Shown one piece after another: positions 39,190-51,261 of a stretch of 64,000 nt of DNA (positions are counted from its first letter, which is position 1; each line of letters begins with the position of its first letter). This DNA is from Octopus sinensis (lineage: Eukaryota). The stretch spans positions 111,786,001-111,850,000 of the forward strand of contig NC_042997.1 of the NCBI RefSeq assembly GCF_006345805.1. The letters run 5' to 3'. Position numbers and translations under genes: made by a program. Under the pieces are notes generated by a model, which worked only from the letters and a program-made list of their open reading frames with translations, had not been told where the DNA came from and made no database searches.

Positions 39190-39601
39190 CCCTGAAACCG
39201 TTGGCCCCTACCACAATCTGAAGCCAATGTTGGCTCCCTACCACAATCTGAAACCAATGTTGCCCCCTACCACAATCTGAAACCAATGTTGGCCCCTACC
39301 ACAATCTGAGGCTGATGACAGTCAAGGCTGATCTGGAACCCAACCTAGGCCCTCATGTCTACGGCGCTCGCCGCTGGAATAGGGAATGGTTGGAGATCAC
39401 GCGGTCGTTAGCCTCAAATCACCAGGCCTGATTGGCGTTTGTGAGAGATGCAGCATTGAGGATGAATGAAGCCAGCTCAGCCCACCCCGGGTGAATGCTG
39501 CCTCAAGACAAGAAGAAAAGACTACTACAATCTGAAACCAATGTTGGCCCCGACCACAATCTGAAACCAATGTTGGCCCCTACCACAATCTGAAACCAAT
39601 G
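39190..39601 (+). repeat. 29-bp minisatellite (~7 units) interrupted by an RTE LINE 3' fragment (~39310-39521)
   Basis: Unit gttggcccctaccacaatctgaaaccaat. The insert has an RTE-like C-terminus (DLEPNLGP..RRWNREWLEI) and tail. Confidence 0.8.
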
Positions 39602-40456
39602 TAATACAATCAGTATAACTTGGGCCCGCGTATGCACAACAGGACAGATATACGCTAAAGTTGATTGTAAATTCATTTTAATTCTTAACGGAAAAACTGA
39701 CTTCTCGAATAAGTTTTGTTTTAAGGTTTAACCACGACGAGAAAGCAGCTGTATTCGTGTCTTTTGCAGGCTTTCTAAACTCTCTGACGAAGCCCCGAGA
39801 CACACCCAAGTACCTTAATCTTATCTACCAAATACTTCAGTTCACTGGAGGGATAAAAGTAGAATGGGGTACTATGGCCCCTTGGCAGAAACAGCTGTAA
39901 GATTTTATCCTACTTTCTATGTTCTACGTTATATATTTTAATAATTACTGGTATTTTTATATTTTATATTTCATATATTATATATGTAAAGCATATGTTA
40001 TACATGTATGCATATTGCTATGATTGTCTTTTTTAAAAAATAAATAGACATAGCATAATGTCTATAGGTTGATGAATACCACCTCTTGGTCCCCTCCATT
40101 TTCTTATTGCTGTATAAATTAAGGGTAAAACAACTTTTTACCCTCGCCCATTTATTATACTCGCTAATGTAATTGCCATGCAATGAAAAAACACTTGTGT
40201 ATTAATAATTGGGTATTCTACCTGCAGTATATTGGATAGATATTATCCCTTAGTTGGTTGTATTCACGACCTCTAACTCTCTTGGAATGCGCGTTGTGTT
40301 CATGAATAAAACACTTCATATCACGTTGCTTCAGTACCCCTTTCGATCGGGGGCCAGCTCGCCTAGCAAACCATGCAAAGTGCATTGGGATCAGCGAAGC
40401 GTACCAACATCTGATGGTCTGGCCGGTCAGGTCATCACATGATATAGTAATATACA

Positions 40457-40984
<528 letters not shown>

Positions 40985-41484
40985 CCCCAGCATGGCCTCA
41001 GCCGGATGGCTGAAACAAGTAAAAGAATAAAAGAGTAAATATACCTTCGGAACGCGGAGTAACCGAAACAGGGGCAACTGACGAAGGGGAATATTCCTTG
41101 TGTTGTATGTCTTGTACTCTGTTTTTTCGTTGTTTGAAAAAAAGTCCGTTTCCATGTTTTTGTTTTTATGTTTTCGTTTCTCATTGTGTTCAACGTTTTT
41201 TTGGTGTCCTATACCCATATATGCATGTATATATACAAACACAAAGGATGTCGCGGTACACGTATTTCAAGCTTTATAAACGACCTGAATAACAATGCAT
41301 GCGGCTGAAGAGAGCTTTAAACCATCTTTTATATCTATTATACACTGATGTAAGAACAAGTCGTTTAGAAAGCTTGAAACACGTGTACCGCGACATCCTT
41401 TGTGTTCTGTTTTTGATTTTATTTGATATATACCCTCTCACCTCTGCCACTAGCTGGCGTATACAGGTGCTTACACTAATCAAG

Positions 41485-41530
<46 letters not shown>

Positions 41531-41580
41531 TGTGAGTATATGTATGTATGTATTTATGTGTAGGTATATATATATGTATG

Positions 41581-41962
41581 TGAGGCGCAATGGCCCAGTG
41601 GTTAGGGCAGCGGACTCGCGGTCGTAGGATCGCGGTTTCGATTCCCAGACCGGGCGTTGTGAGTGTTTATTGAGCGAAAACACCTAAAGCTCCACGAGGC
41701 TCCGGCAGGGATGGTGGTGATCCCTGCTGTACTCTTTCACCACAACTTTCTCTCACTATTACTTCCTGTTTCTGTTGTACCTGTATTTCAAAGGGCCGGC
41801 CTTGTCACTCTCTGTGTCAAGCTGAATATCCCCGAGAACTACGTTATGGGTACACGTGTCTGTGGTGTGCTCAGCCACTTACACGTTAATTTCACGAGCA
41901 GGCTGTTCCGTTGATCGGATCAACCGGAACCCTCGTCGTCGTAACCGACGGAGTGCTTCCAT
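41581..41962 (+). mobile_element. Full-length tRNA-derived SINE (octopus OK/OR-type)
   Basis: A-box tggcccagtggttagg and B-box ggtttcgattcc; related copies at 51318-51830 (+) and 46820-47160 (-). Confidence 0.85.
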
Positions 41963-42400
41963 GTATATGTAAAAAAATACAAACTGGAACAAGAACGCAA
42001 AACATTTAGAAGACGATACAAAAAACACGGACGGGACATTCGAAGCCTTCAATCTTCAGTCAAGAACCGGATCATCCTCGCAATTTCGGCTGATTAATCT
42101 TGAGATCGCTCCGATCCGGCCAGCCCCAAGGAAAAACTAAGCTACGAGCATTAGATTTCTTGGAAAAAGGATCGAATGTATACGAAACAGGGACAGAAAA
42201 ACGGACGATGCCACACGAATATAAATACAAAAAGCAATAATAGTAATAACAGGACAAAAACAGCGGGTGTCTTACGACTATAGACAGTACAACTTAGTTT
42301 AGCTGGCGTATTTGGAAAAAAATGCCTTTTTCGGCAGACGAAGAAAGCGATGTTCTCATGGCGGTGGTCGAAGCTGAAAGGCTGGTTGACCAGCGGTCAC

Positions 42401-42454
<54 letters not shown>

Positions 42455-42592
42455 CAGATCAAAGTGGAGTGCAAAGTGTGAAAGGCAGAGAAATGTAGGC
42501 GAGGGGGGAGAGAGAGACAGTGTTATAGAGTCGTACCAAATTTAAAGAAATATGTACTTACATATCAGACCAAAAGGGTACGGGCGCCTCTC

Positions 42593-42668
<76 letters not shown>

Positions 42669-42673
<5 letters not shown>

Positions 42674-43847
42674 TATTATAAAAGGCAGATTTTATCTGCC
42701 TCCCTTTGGGAGTTATAGAAATCTACAATATAGGATTTCTTCAATTACAATTTACCTAGCATTTTTAAGAGTACAATGCATCGCGTCATGCCAGGTCCAG
42801 TTTTTTAAATTTAAACTCCAATTAAGCAAAATTTACAGAAAACTCACATTCTGGTGTGTGTGTCAAATGCTTTTCTTAGTCTGGTTTACACCACACGCAA
42901 ACGCACACACACAGTGTGTAACGAATAAAGTGAAACTAGATGTAATATTTGTTTCTGTCTATCACGCTGATAGATACATGAGTAAAATGTATGGGAAGCT
43001 AACACATAAGAGTGAGTGAAAATGTTCTTGGAAGACAGTAAATTAGCGACAGAGTGATTTGAGGAAGACTAAACTGAAAGTATGAAACAGTGTTTATGTA
43101 TAAACAGACGACACTTATATAAACCCTTTCGTTACCAAACCGCCCGAATTTACCTATTCCTATTTAAATGAGAATATCAGAGTAAATCTCTTTAGTACAT
43201 TCGTGAAAACACGTATTATACTTCGTAAACACTTCAAATACAGTTTTGTACAAAAATCGAAGTGTAATTTTAATTCCGTGAATTATGGGAGATTTTTTTC
43301 CGAAATTTGTTCCTATTATGTTTTCAAAATTTGTAATTCTGACAAAAAATGGATACGAATTTCATTATATCAAGCAGCGAGTCAGAATTCGAAGGATTTT
43401 CTACTGAAGACCTTCATAAATCTAACTCTATGACTGAAAAAAAAAAAGCATCTTTATATAAGAGTGAAGTTGTGTGTCTGTCCCCTTCGATTTAGATTCG
43501 TAATTACTCCCACATTTTGCGGTGCAGTTTAACCAAAAGCGGGTATCTTATAGTCGTGATTCATATCGAGCCCTTCTGGGTATTAGCGCGCGTCTACGAT
43601 GAGTCTACGATTTAAAAAAAATTTACCATCATATTTTTTCATTTTAATGCATTTTATTCGCTTTTATATAAGGGAAGTAACTCTCTAAAAATATCTACGA
43701 TGTGTCAACGATTTAAAAAAAAAATTTACCTTAATTTTTTTTCAATTTTTAATGCATTTTTTTGCTATTTTTTGGCTATAACTCTCTAAAAATGCTTATA
43801 TAGTTATTTCCCTTACAACGCCGAGCAACGCCGGGCGATACTGCTAG
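42669..43847 (+). mobile_element. Non-autonomous Helitron, copy 1
   Basis: A|TC start; 3' hairpin ccgagcaacgccggg followed by CTAG; no TSD. Confidence 0.85.
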
Positions 43848-45509
43848 TCTTATTATAAAAGGCAGATTTTATCTGCCTCCCTTTGTCACTTATAGAAATC
43901 TACAATATAGGATTTCTTCAATTACAATTTACCTAGCATTTTTAAGAGTAGAATGCATCGGGTCATGCCAGGTCCAGTTTTTAAAATTTCAACCCCAATT
44001 AAGCAAAATTTAGAGAAAACTCACATTGTGGTGTATGAGTCAAATGCTTCTCTTAATGTGGGCTACAGCACTCGCACACACACACACACACACAAAAAGG
44101 GAGCGATCTCATTCACTCACGCTATCACTCATTTCTACGACTTTCTCTTTGCAAGTTTGCAGCGATTAAAGTGAAACTAATTCGATAAAACGAGAGAAGT
44201 GTACCTTAAACCACTACTAAAAAAAAAAACAGCAAACAGAAACAAATAAATACATAACGATTTACTCCTCACACAATTTCTTCAATTAGAGTGTACCCAT
44301 GATTTTTCAGAGTACTTCCAGTGGGTGATGCCATAAAAAATTTCTTTCAATTTTACCACCAATTAAGACAAAATTCAAGAAAACTCAATATTTTAACATT
44401 TCACTCCGAAAGCATTGATGTACATGTGTGCATGCGTGAGTGTGTGTGTGTCATTCCTCACACACACGCATACACATACATATATGAGAGTGGCAAACAC
44501 AAACGTTTCAAACAACTACATACAAACACGTGTGTGTTTGTTATTAGTAAAAAAGGCGCCAAAACACAACTCACTTATCATTCCAACACATTTGCAAAGA
44601 CACACGGACGGTCGAATTGCTATAACAATACAGAAAAGGTAAATTGGTTTTTATTTTACTCTGTATATATTTTATTATATAATATTATATATAGATATAT
44701 GTATATATAATTGCAGTATGAAACAGTGTTTATGTATAAACAGACGACACTTATATATAGTTATTAATAAATGTATGCATCCGTTTAACCCTTTCGTTAC
44801 CAAACCGCCCGAATTTACCTATTCATATTTAAATGAGAATATCAGAGTAAATCTCTTTAGTACATTCGTGAAAACACGTATTATACTTCGTAAACACTTC
44901 AAATACAGTTTTGTACAAAAATCAAAGTGTAATTTTAATTCCGTGAATTATGGGAGATTTTTTTCCGAAATTTGTTCCTATTGTGTTTTCAAAATTTGTA
45001 ATTCTGACAAAAAATGGATACGAATTTCATTATATCAAGCAGCGAGTCAGAATTCGAAGGATTTTCTACTGAAGACCTTCATAAATCTAACTCTATGACT
45101 GAAAAAAAAAAGCATCTTTATATAAGAGTGAAGTTGTGTGTCTGTCTCCTACAATTTAGATTCGTAACTACTCCCACATTTTGCGGTGCAGTTTAACCAA
45201 AAGCGGGTATCTTATAGTCGTGATTCATATCGAGCCCTTCTGGGTATTAGCGCGCGTCTACGATGAGTCTACGATTTAAAAAAAAATTACCATCATATTT
45301 TTCCATTTTAATGCATTTTTTCGCTTTTATATAAAGGAAGTAACTCTCTAAAAATATCTACGATGTGTCAACGATTAAAAAAAAAAATTGACCTTAATTT
45401 TTTTTCAATTTTTAATGCATTTTTTTGCTATTTTTTGGCTATAACTCTCTAAAAATGCTTATATAGTTATTTCCCTTACAACGCCGAGCAACGCCGGGCG
45501 ATACTGCTA

Positions 45510-45510
<1 letters not shown>
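43848..45510 (+). mobile_element. Non-autonomous Helitron, copy 2 (head-to-tail with copy 1)
   Basis: Starts TC immediately after the CTAG of copy 1; ends CTAG|T in (AT)n. The 3' ~750 bp is nearly identical to copy 1. Confidence 0.85.
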
Positions 45511-45584
<74 letters not shown>

Positions 45585-45729
45585 TGTATATGTAAAAAAA
45601 TACAAACTGGGACAAGAACGCAAAACATTTAGAAGACGATACAAAAAACACGGACGGGACATTCGAAGCCTTCAATCTTCAGTCAAGAACCGGATCATCC
45701 TCGCAATTTCGGCTGATTAATCTTATATA

Positions 45730-46190
45730 TATATTGTGTCATTTCAAGTAAAAGATAAAAGATAAATGGTGCACCGATGACTCTCGAGGGAGACACCCCC
45801 ATTTTGATGATCTTTTCAGTTTGTATGACACACCTCGGGTTCACGTCTTTCACCATCTTCGAAATTACATGAACACCCTCTCCATACACATAGATTCTCT
45901 CTTGACATTTCTGTATTCAGAGGAAAAGAGTAATTGAGACCAGTTTCTGCCACTTGACTTTCATCTTCTCATCTGGTTTTTCAGGTTTACGGTCAACGTA
46001 GCGATGTCAACTGTGAATGTTGCCATTTATTGGGTGATGAGGGCATTTCGACATTTTAGTCTGTCAACATTTCTTTGGTTTTGAAGAGTTCGAACACTCC
46101 AGATTCCAATGGTGAAAGGAGCTGTCCGAATTCTTGAAGGGTTGTTATGACTACAACATGGATACCTCACTAGAAGTTGTTATCAAGGGG
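45730..46190 (-). mobile_element. Possible decayed LINE ORF1 (gag-like) fragment
   Basis: Interrupted frames EFGQLLSPLESG..PINGNIHS..YVDRKPEKP..IYVYGEG resemble L1/Tx1 ORF1; weak. Confidence 0.3.
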
Positions 46191-46454
46191 AAGTGAAGAA
46201 AAACTACTTTTTCAATCACCTTCTCCTTATCCACCATTCGCTACATTTACCCTTTTCAACCTATCCAATCTCTTACAGTTGTCACCTACTCTTCCTTACT
46301 TCCCCCACTTATCATCCTTCAGCATTTGTGCATTCATTATATTCACCCCTCACCCATTATCCCTCTCACTCTACCATACACTCTTGTAACCTCAACCCTC
46401 CCATCTTCTCTGCAACCATTCACTCCGACTCACTTCATACCTATTTCTTTACTA

Positions 46455-46672
46455 CTCACAAGGGGCTAAACACAGAGAGGACAAACAAGGACAGACAAAC
46501 GGATTAAGTCGATTATATCGAACCCAGTACGTAACTGGTACTTAATTTATCGACCCCAAAAGGATGAAAGGCAAAGTCGACCTCGACGGAATTTGAACTC
46601 AGAACGTAACGGCAGATGAAATACGGCTACGCATTTCGCCCGGCGTGCTAACGTTTCTGCCAGCTCGCCGCC
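46455..46672 (-). mobile_element. Full-length tRNA-derived SINE with Meta-like core
   Basis: Reverse complement of aaggcggcgagctggcagaaacgttagcacgccgggcgaaatgcg...gcctttcatccttttggggtcgataaattaagtaccag. Confidence 0.85.
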
Positions 46673-47509
46673 TTCTTACCCTCAGGGTATACACCGATGC
46701 CTCATCACCACTACTTTTATTTCTTCCTCGATCCACCCCGATCCCTCCTAACCCTCTTTGGTATTCCCTGTTGTGGATTCTTCCTTAGCATATAAATTTC
46801 AATCCTTTTCCTAATTAGCGCTCCTGGTACTGGCACTCCGTCGGTCGTGACGACGAGGGCTCCAGCTGATCAGATCAATGGAACATCCTGCTCATAGAAT
46901 TAATGTGCGAGTGGCTGAGTACTCCACAGACATGCGTACCCTTAACGTAGTTCTCAGGGAGATTTAGCGTGACACGGAATATGACAAAGCTGGCTCCTTT
47001 GAATCACAGGTACGACTAATATTTGCCAGCAGAGTCGGCCGGAGCAAACGGGAAATAAAGTGTCTTGCTCAAGGACACGATGTTCGACCAGGAATGGAAA
47101 TCACGACCTTACGATTGTAAGCTGAGTACCCCTACCCACTGAGCCACGCACCTTCCGTGCTCCTAGGTGTCACTGAAGTAGCAAACTAATCCAAGAACTG
47201 CCTCCGACTTTCATATTTTCGCAGTTGAAAATGTCGAATCGTTTCGGTTTCAGTGAACCGTGACGGGTTGAGAATTTGGATATTTTCGCTTGTACTTGTT
47301 TCAGACTGCGGCCATGCTGGGGCATCGCCTTAAAGGGTTTTAGTCGAATGAATCGATCGCAGTACTTAATTTTTTGTAAACTTAATACTTATTCTATCGG
47401 TCTTTTTTGCCGAACCGCTAGATTACGGGGACGTAATCACACCAATACCGGTTGTCAAGCGGTTGAGGGGGAAGAAACACAGACACAAAGACACAGATAT
47501 ATATGTGTG

Positions 47510-47551
<42 letters not shown>

Positions 47552-47655
47552 ACAATTGAGGGTAAAATTAATTAGTTATTAATCAATTTCACCAAGTAGT
47601 GTTCAGTATGTAAAAGGACCATTTAAGGCGAATTCAAAATATTATATTATATAAT

Positions 47656-48170
47656 TAGGGCTTAGTAAAGTAAATTACTTTGCCACATACTGAACTTTCT
47701 AGAAATAGCAGCCAAAAAGTTTTTTAGCCATTTCCACCACTTTAAGAAAATTTCTCTCAGATAATGTTTACTCATAAATAACTCACGAAGGTATGGAGGT
47801 AAAAACAGAAAAATATCACAAGTACAAAGATCATTTTGTTAGTACTGGCAGTCTGAGCGTGTTCGTCTGAGGTGATACGTCGCCGAAGGGTATGTTCTTC
47901 CTTTTAGTGCTTCCAAATCCAAATTAAGAAATGTTGAGCTGACGAAAGAAATGCTGAGTTTATTTGGCTAATCTAGAAACGTTAACGTTCTCAAATGATT
48001 TTTGTACTTGTGATATTTTTCTGTTTTTACCTCCATACCTTCGTGAGTTATTTATGAGTAAACATTATCTGAGAGAAATTTTCTTAAAGTGGTGGAAATG
48101 GCTAAAAAACATTTTGGATGCTATTTCTAGAAAGTTCAGTATGTGGCAAAGTAATTTTTACTTATATAAG

Positions 48171-48175
<5 letters not shown>
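47656..48175. mobile_element. Penelope-type inverted-repeat element (~180-bp arms) with a hammerhead-like motif in the spacer
   Basis: Arms 47656-47836 and 47993-48175. A weak GIY-YIG C-terminal-like remnant (FNLGSLDP) lies at ~48400-48620. Confidence 0.7.
47934..47994 (+). ncRNA. Type I hammerhead ribozyme-like motif (canonical core, eroded stem II)
   Basis: TTGAG-CTGACGA-(stem II, partly paired)-GAAA-CGTTAACG-T-T-CTCAA; 5-bp stem I; self-complementary stem III ACGTTAACGT. Confidence 0.55.
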
Positions 48176-48242
<67 letters not shown>

Positions 48243-48993
48243 ATTTTATTTGTTAGGGAATACAAATTCCGGCATAACAGAGGTTCAAATTATTCTCAAT
48301 GAAGAAATATATATTTTAATTTGGAGATAGTAGGCCCCTTCATCTCACCATATAAAAAAGAATTTTTATTTTAAATACCTACTGTTTTATAACTTGGCTA
48401 CACATGTTTCATGAGGTACATTCACCGGTTCCTAAACCACTCCGTGTCTCGCTGGAACCCTTCTCAAAATGTTACCCCAATCATCAGGCCCCTATGTCAC
48501 TCTATCATCGTTCAACACCATAAACTATATTTTAATTTTTTAAAACCCTTAAGTATGTGTAAAATAGGTATGTTTAACTTAGGCTCTCTGGACCCTACAG
48601 TACAAGCCATAATTCAGATAAAAATTCAAATAAAAAGTTATAAAAATAAAAATTACAAAAATAAAGTAAGAAATAAAAAATAAAAAATAAACATGCTAAA
48701 AAATATACGAAAAATTTACAAAAAATAAGTATATATTTTATTTTTAACCCTATATATTACTAACATAGTTTTTGTAATTTTTTCGTATTTTTTTAGCATG
48801 TTTATTTTTTATTTAAGAGAGTTAACCAAATGGTGCAAGATGAATGCGTGTACGAGGCTTGATGGCAGGCAATGAGTAAAGGAACGGTACATACACTATG
48901 AGAGAGAAAAATGTCGCACTTATAACAATGGTCGATATAAATGTTGATTGGTTGATTGTTTGAATTCTCCAGTCACACTTTACGTCGTAGAGT

Positions 48994-49052
<59 letters not shown>

Positions 49053-49262
49053 CGAGGGAGGTTGTGAAACAGTGGTGAGGGGATAAACGTAAACATGCAC
49101 GCACATGCACACACACACTAACGATGGTCTTCTTTCAGTTTCCATCAACCAAATCCGCTCACAAGTCTTTGGTCAGCCCGAGGCTATAGGAGAAGACACT
49201 TGCCCAAGGTGTCACGCAGTGCAACTGAACCCCGAACCATGTGGTTGGGAAGCAAACTTCTT

Positions 49263-51261
49263 TATTTCATTAAATTGGCCATATAGGTCTTAGAAAGAGA
49301 AGCTTGTGGGCTGGACATGGACAAGATGAGATGAAATGAAACAAAATGATACGGATGAGAGGGATGTCGAGGCCCACCGACCGACAAACCCTCGAATACA
49401 AAGTTTCTTACAACAATTCTCTTTGTCAGGTCCCCCAAGCAAAGTGACTTGCTGCCTGCAGACAACTCTGCATCGACAAGTCGGGGCCTGCAAAGAGGAA
49501 AGCAAATTCTTCCTTGTCAAAGGTCGCTGTGACCTTTGACAGAATTTTTTCAGTTACTACCTCCGCAGTCACCTGCGGAGGCCATATCGGACTACTTGAG
49601 CAAACCGAGTACACACGTTCTCGGTCACCCAAGCCGTCCAAAAATTTACTCACCGTCCCTCCCTCGTGGTAAAGGAGGACAAACACCTCCTCTTCACAGG
49701 AAGGGACCTCACACTGCTCCGTCAGTGGCACACTTTCCACTGACGGAGCCCTATCCGCAGGTGGCACACATCCCACCTGCGGCTCCGTCGGCGGCCCAGG
49801 AACATCCGCTGACCGTCATCTGCTCCTCTTTTTCCTCTTTCTTTTTGAGGTTGCGGGAGCAGGGGGCTGCGTCGACAGACGCGGGGGATCGCTACCCTCC
49901 TCCGCCGCCTGAATATTCTTTGGTGAACAACCATTGTTGCTCACCTTTCTTTTTCTTTTCGTGGGGGCAACTTCCTCCACGACTTCCACCGCCTCCCCCT
50001 CCAATGAAGGGGCGGCGGGCACCTCTTTTTCATGCTCCAGGGCCCCACCACGGCCCCCTGGACAGTCCCTTTTGAAATGGCCAGGCTCCAGGCAGGTGAC
50101 ACTTGGGGGGCGTCCCTCAAGTAGCATCGGGTACCTGTACCCGGCCATTTTTAGGAAATCCGGAAATATCATGTCTCCCACGGCCACCGAGGTCCACAGG
50201 GTCAAAGTTGCCTTTGACCCCTCCCAGTCGACCGCGGGAGTAATCTTCACACTCAATAGCCTGGGCCCGCTATCCCCCAGGCCTCGCCGGATGGTCTTCT
50301 CGATCCATCCCACCTCCGTGTCCGGGGGCAGCCCGCACACCCAGGCTCTTCTTATCTTCCTCCACAATAAGTGGGGAGGAACAAAGTTTCTTCTCCCTCA
50401 AGGGGCTCGCTGGCAAATCTGCCAGCTTCCTCGGGGGTACCAAACAACAACCACACCGTTGCAAATTTGGTCCCCCGTGAAATAAATTTTATAGTTGGCA
50501 GGTAGTCTGCCAACTCTTTCTCTATTACGCTCTTGTCGAAGAGGGCGATGGCACCACACGACCTAGAATAGGTCCTTAGTACCACCGTCCTCTTCTCAAG
50601 ATTTTTAATCCACTGTTTGGGTGGGAACACCTCCCATTCCAAAGCAGCGGCATCGTTTATTTTTGCCATGTGCAAAAGAAAGTCTTAAGAGTTCCAAAAA
50701 AAGTCCAAATGTCAAGAGAATGTAAAAAAGGTACACAAAAGGTAAAAAAACAAACAAAAGAAAAACAAAACAAAGTAAGTCCAAAAATTAATTAGCAGTT
50801 CAAAAGGAAAGAAAAAAATCAGAAAGGATAAACGGAAAATAAAAAAAACCCAGTTCACACAGCAAAAATCCAATTGGCCAAAAGGTAATCCCGGCCTAAT
50901 GTGGATAGGTTCCTTGGCATAAATCTTTTTTGTTGTCCGGTAACTCAAACACAATACAGCCACAATACTGCAACAGCAACAAGTTCTATTCGGGCGAGGA
51001 TACGCCCCACCAAAAATGAATCCAATAAATTCTCAATACGCAAAAACAGCAGCCGCCGAGAGCAGGCGAAGTTGTCCCAGAGCTAGGCACAATTTACTGA
51101 AAAAATAATTCGCACGTAATAAATTATGCCCAGCTCACAACAAACAAAATCACTTACCTCGACAACCTTCTCTGTTTTTGTTCTGTTTTCTTTTTAGGAC
51201 GGAGCTCAAAGCTCACGTCCTCACCGTTCAGTGTCAAGAAGTCAACTCCACGACCGGAACC
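49263..51261 (-). mobile_element. ORF1-only non-LTR retroelement (half-LINE / HAL1-like), TSD-bounded
   Basis: 15-bp TSD GGAAGCAAACTTCTT at 49248-49262 and 51262-51276 splits a SINE. Contents: ~590-bp 5' UTR, gag-like ORF1, ~165-bp 3' UTR ending aatgaaataaa. No endonuclease or RT. Confidence 0.8.
49426..50669 (-). pseudogene. Gag-like ORF1 (L1/Tx1-type; RRM-like region plus CCHC knuckle), with 1 frameshift and 1 nonsense codon
   Basis: ORF-track pieces 50352..50675, 49816..50367 and 49426..49776 join: a frameshift near 50360, and an in-frame TGA at 49816 (likely CGA>TGA). Motif YPMLLEGRPPSVTCLEPGHFKRDCP. Confidence 0.75.

Larger units (their letters stand above)
41961..45724. repeat. 141-bp direct repeats (41961-42101; 45584-45724) of a Penelope-type terminal sequence
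   Basis: The two copies differ at one base and lie 3623 bp apart. Confidence 0.85.

Noticed and set aside
39190-39601. 29-bp repeats that resemble a CRISPR array
   Set aside because: Units are contiguous without unique spacers, derive from a SINE tail, and the context is eukaryotic with no cas genes.
41060-41110. GAAAC...CTGACGA motif (also at 62270-62310)
   Set aside because: No GAAA follows the putative stem II, and no permuted hammerhead with three paired stems could be built.
42030-42075. CTGAAGA...GAATGTC hammerhead-like string (also at 45655-45700 and 55790-55820)
   Set aside because: GAAA is not intact, the stem II loop is too short and stem I does not pair. At best a decayed relic.
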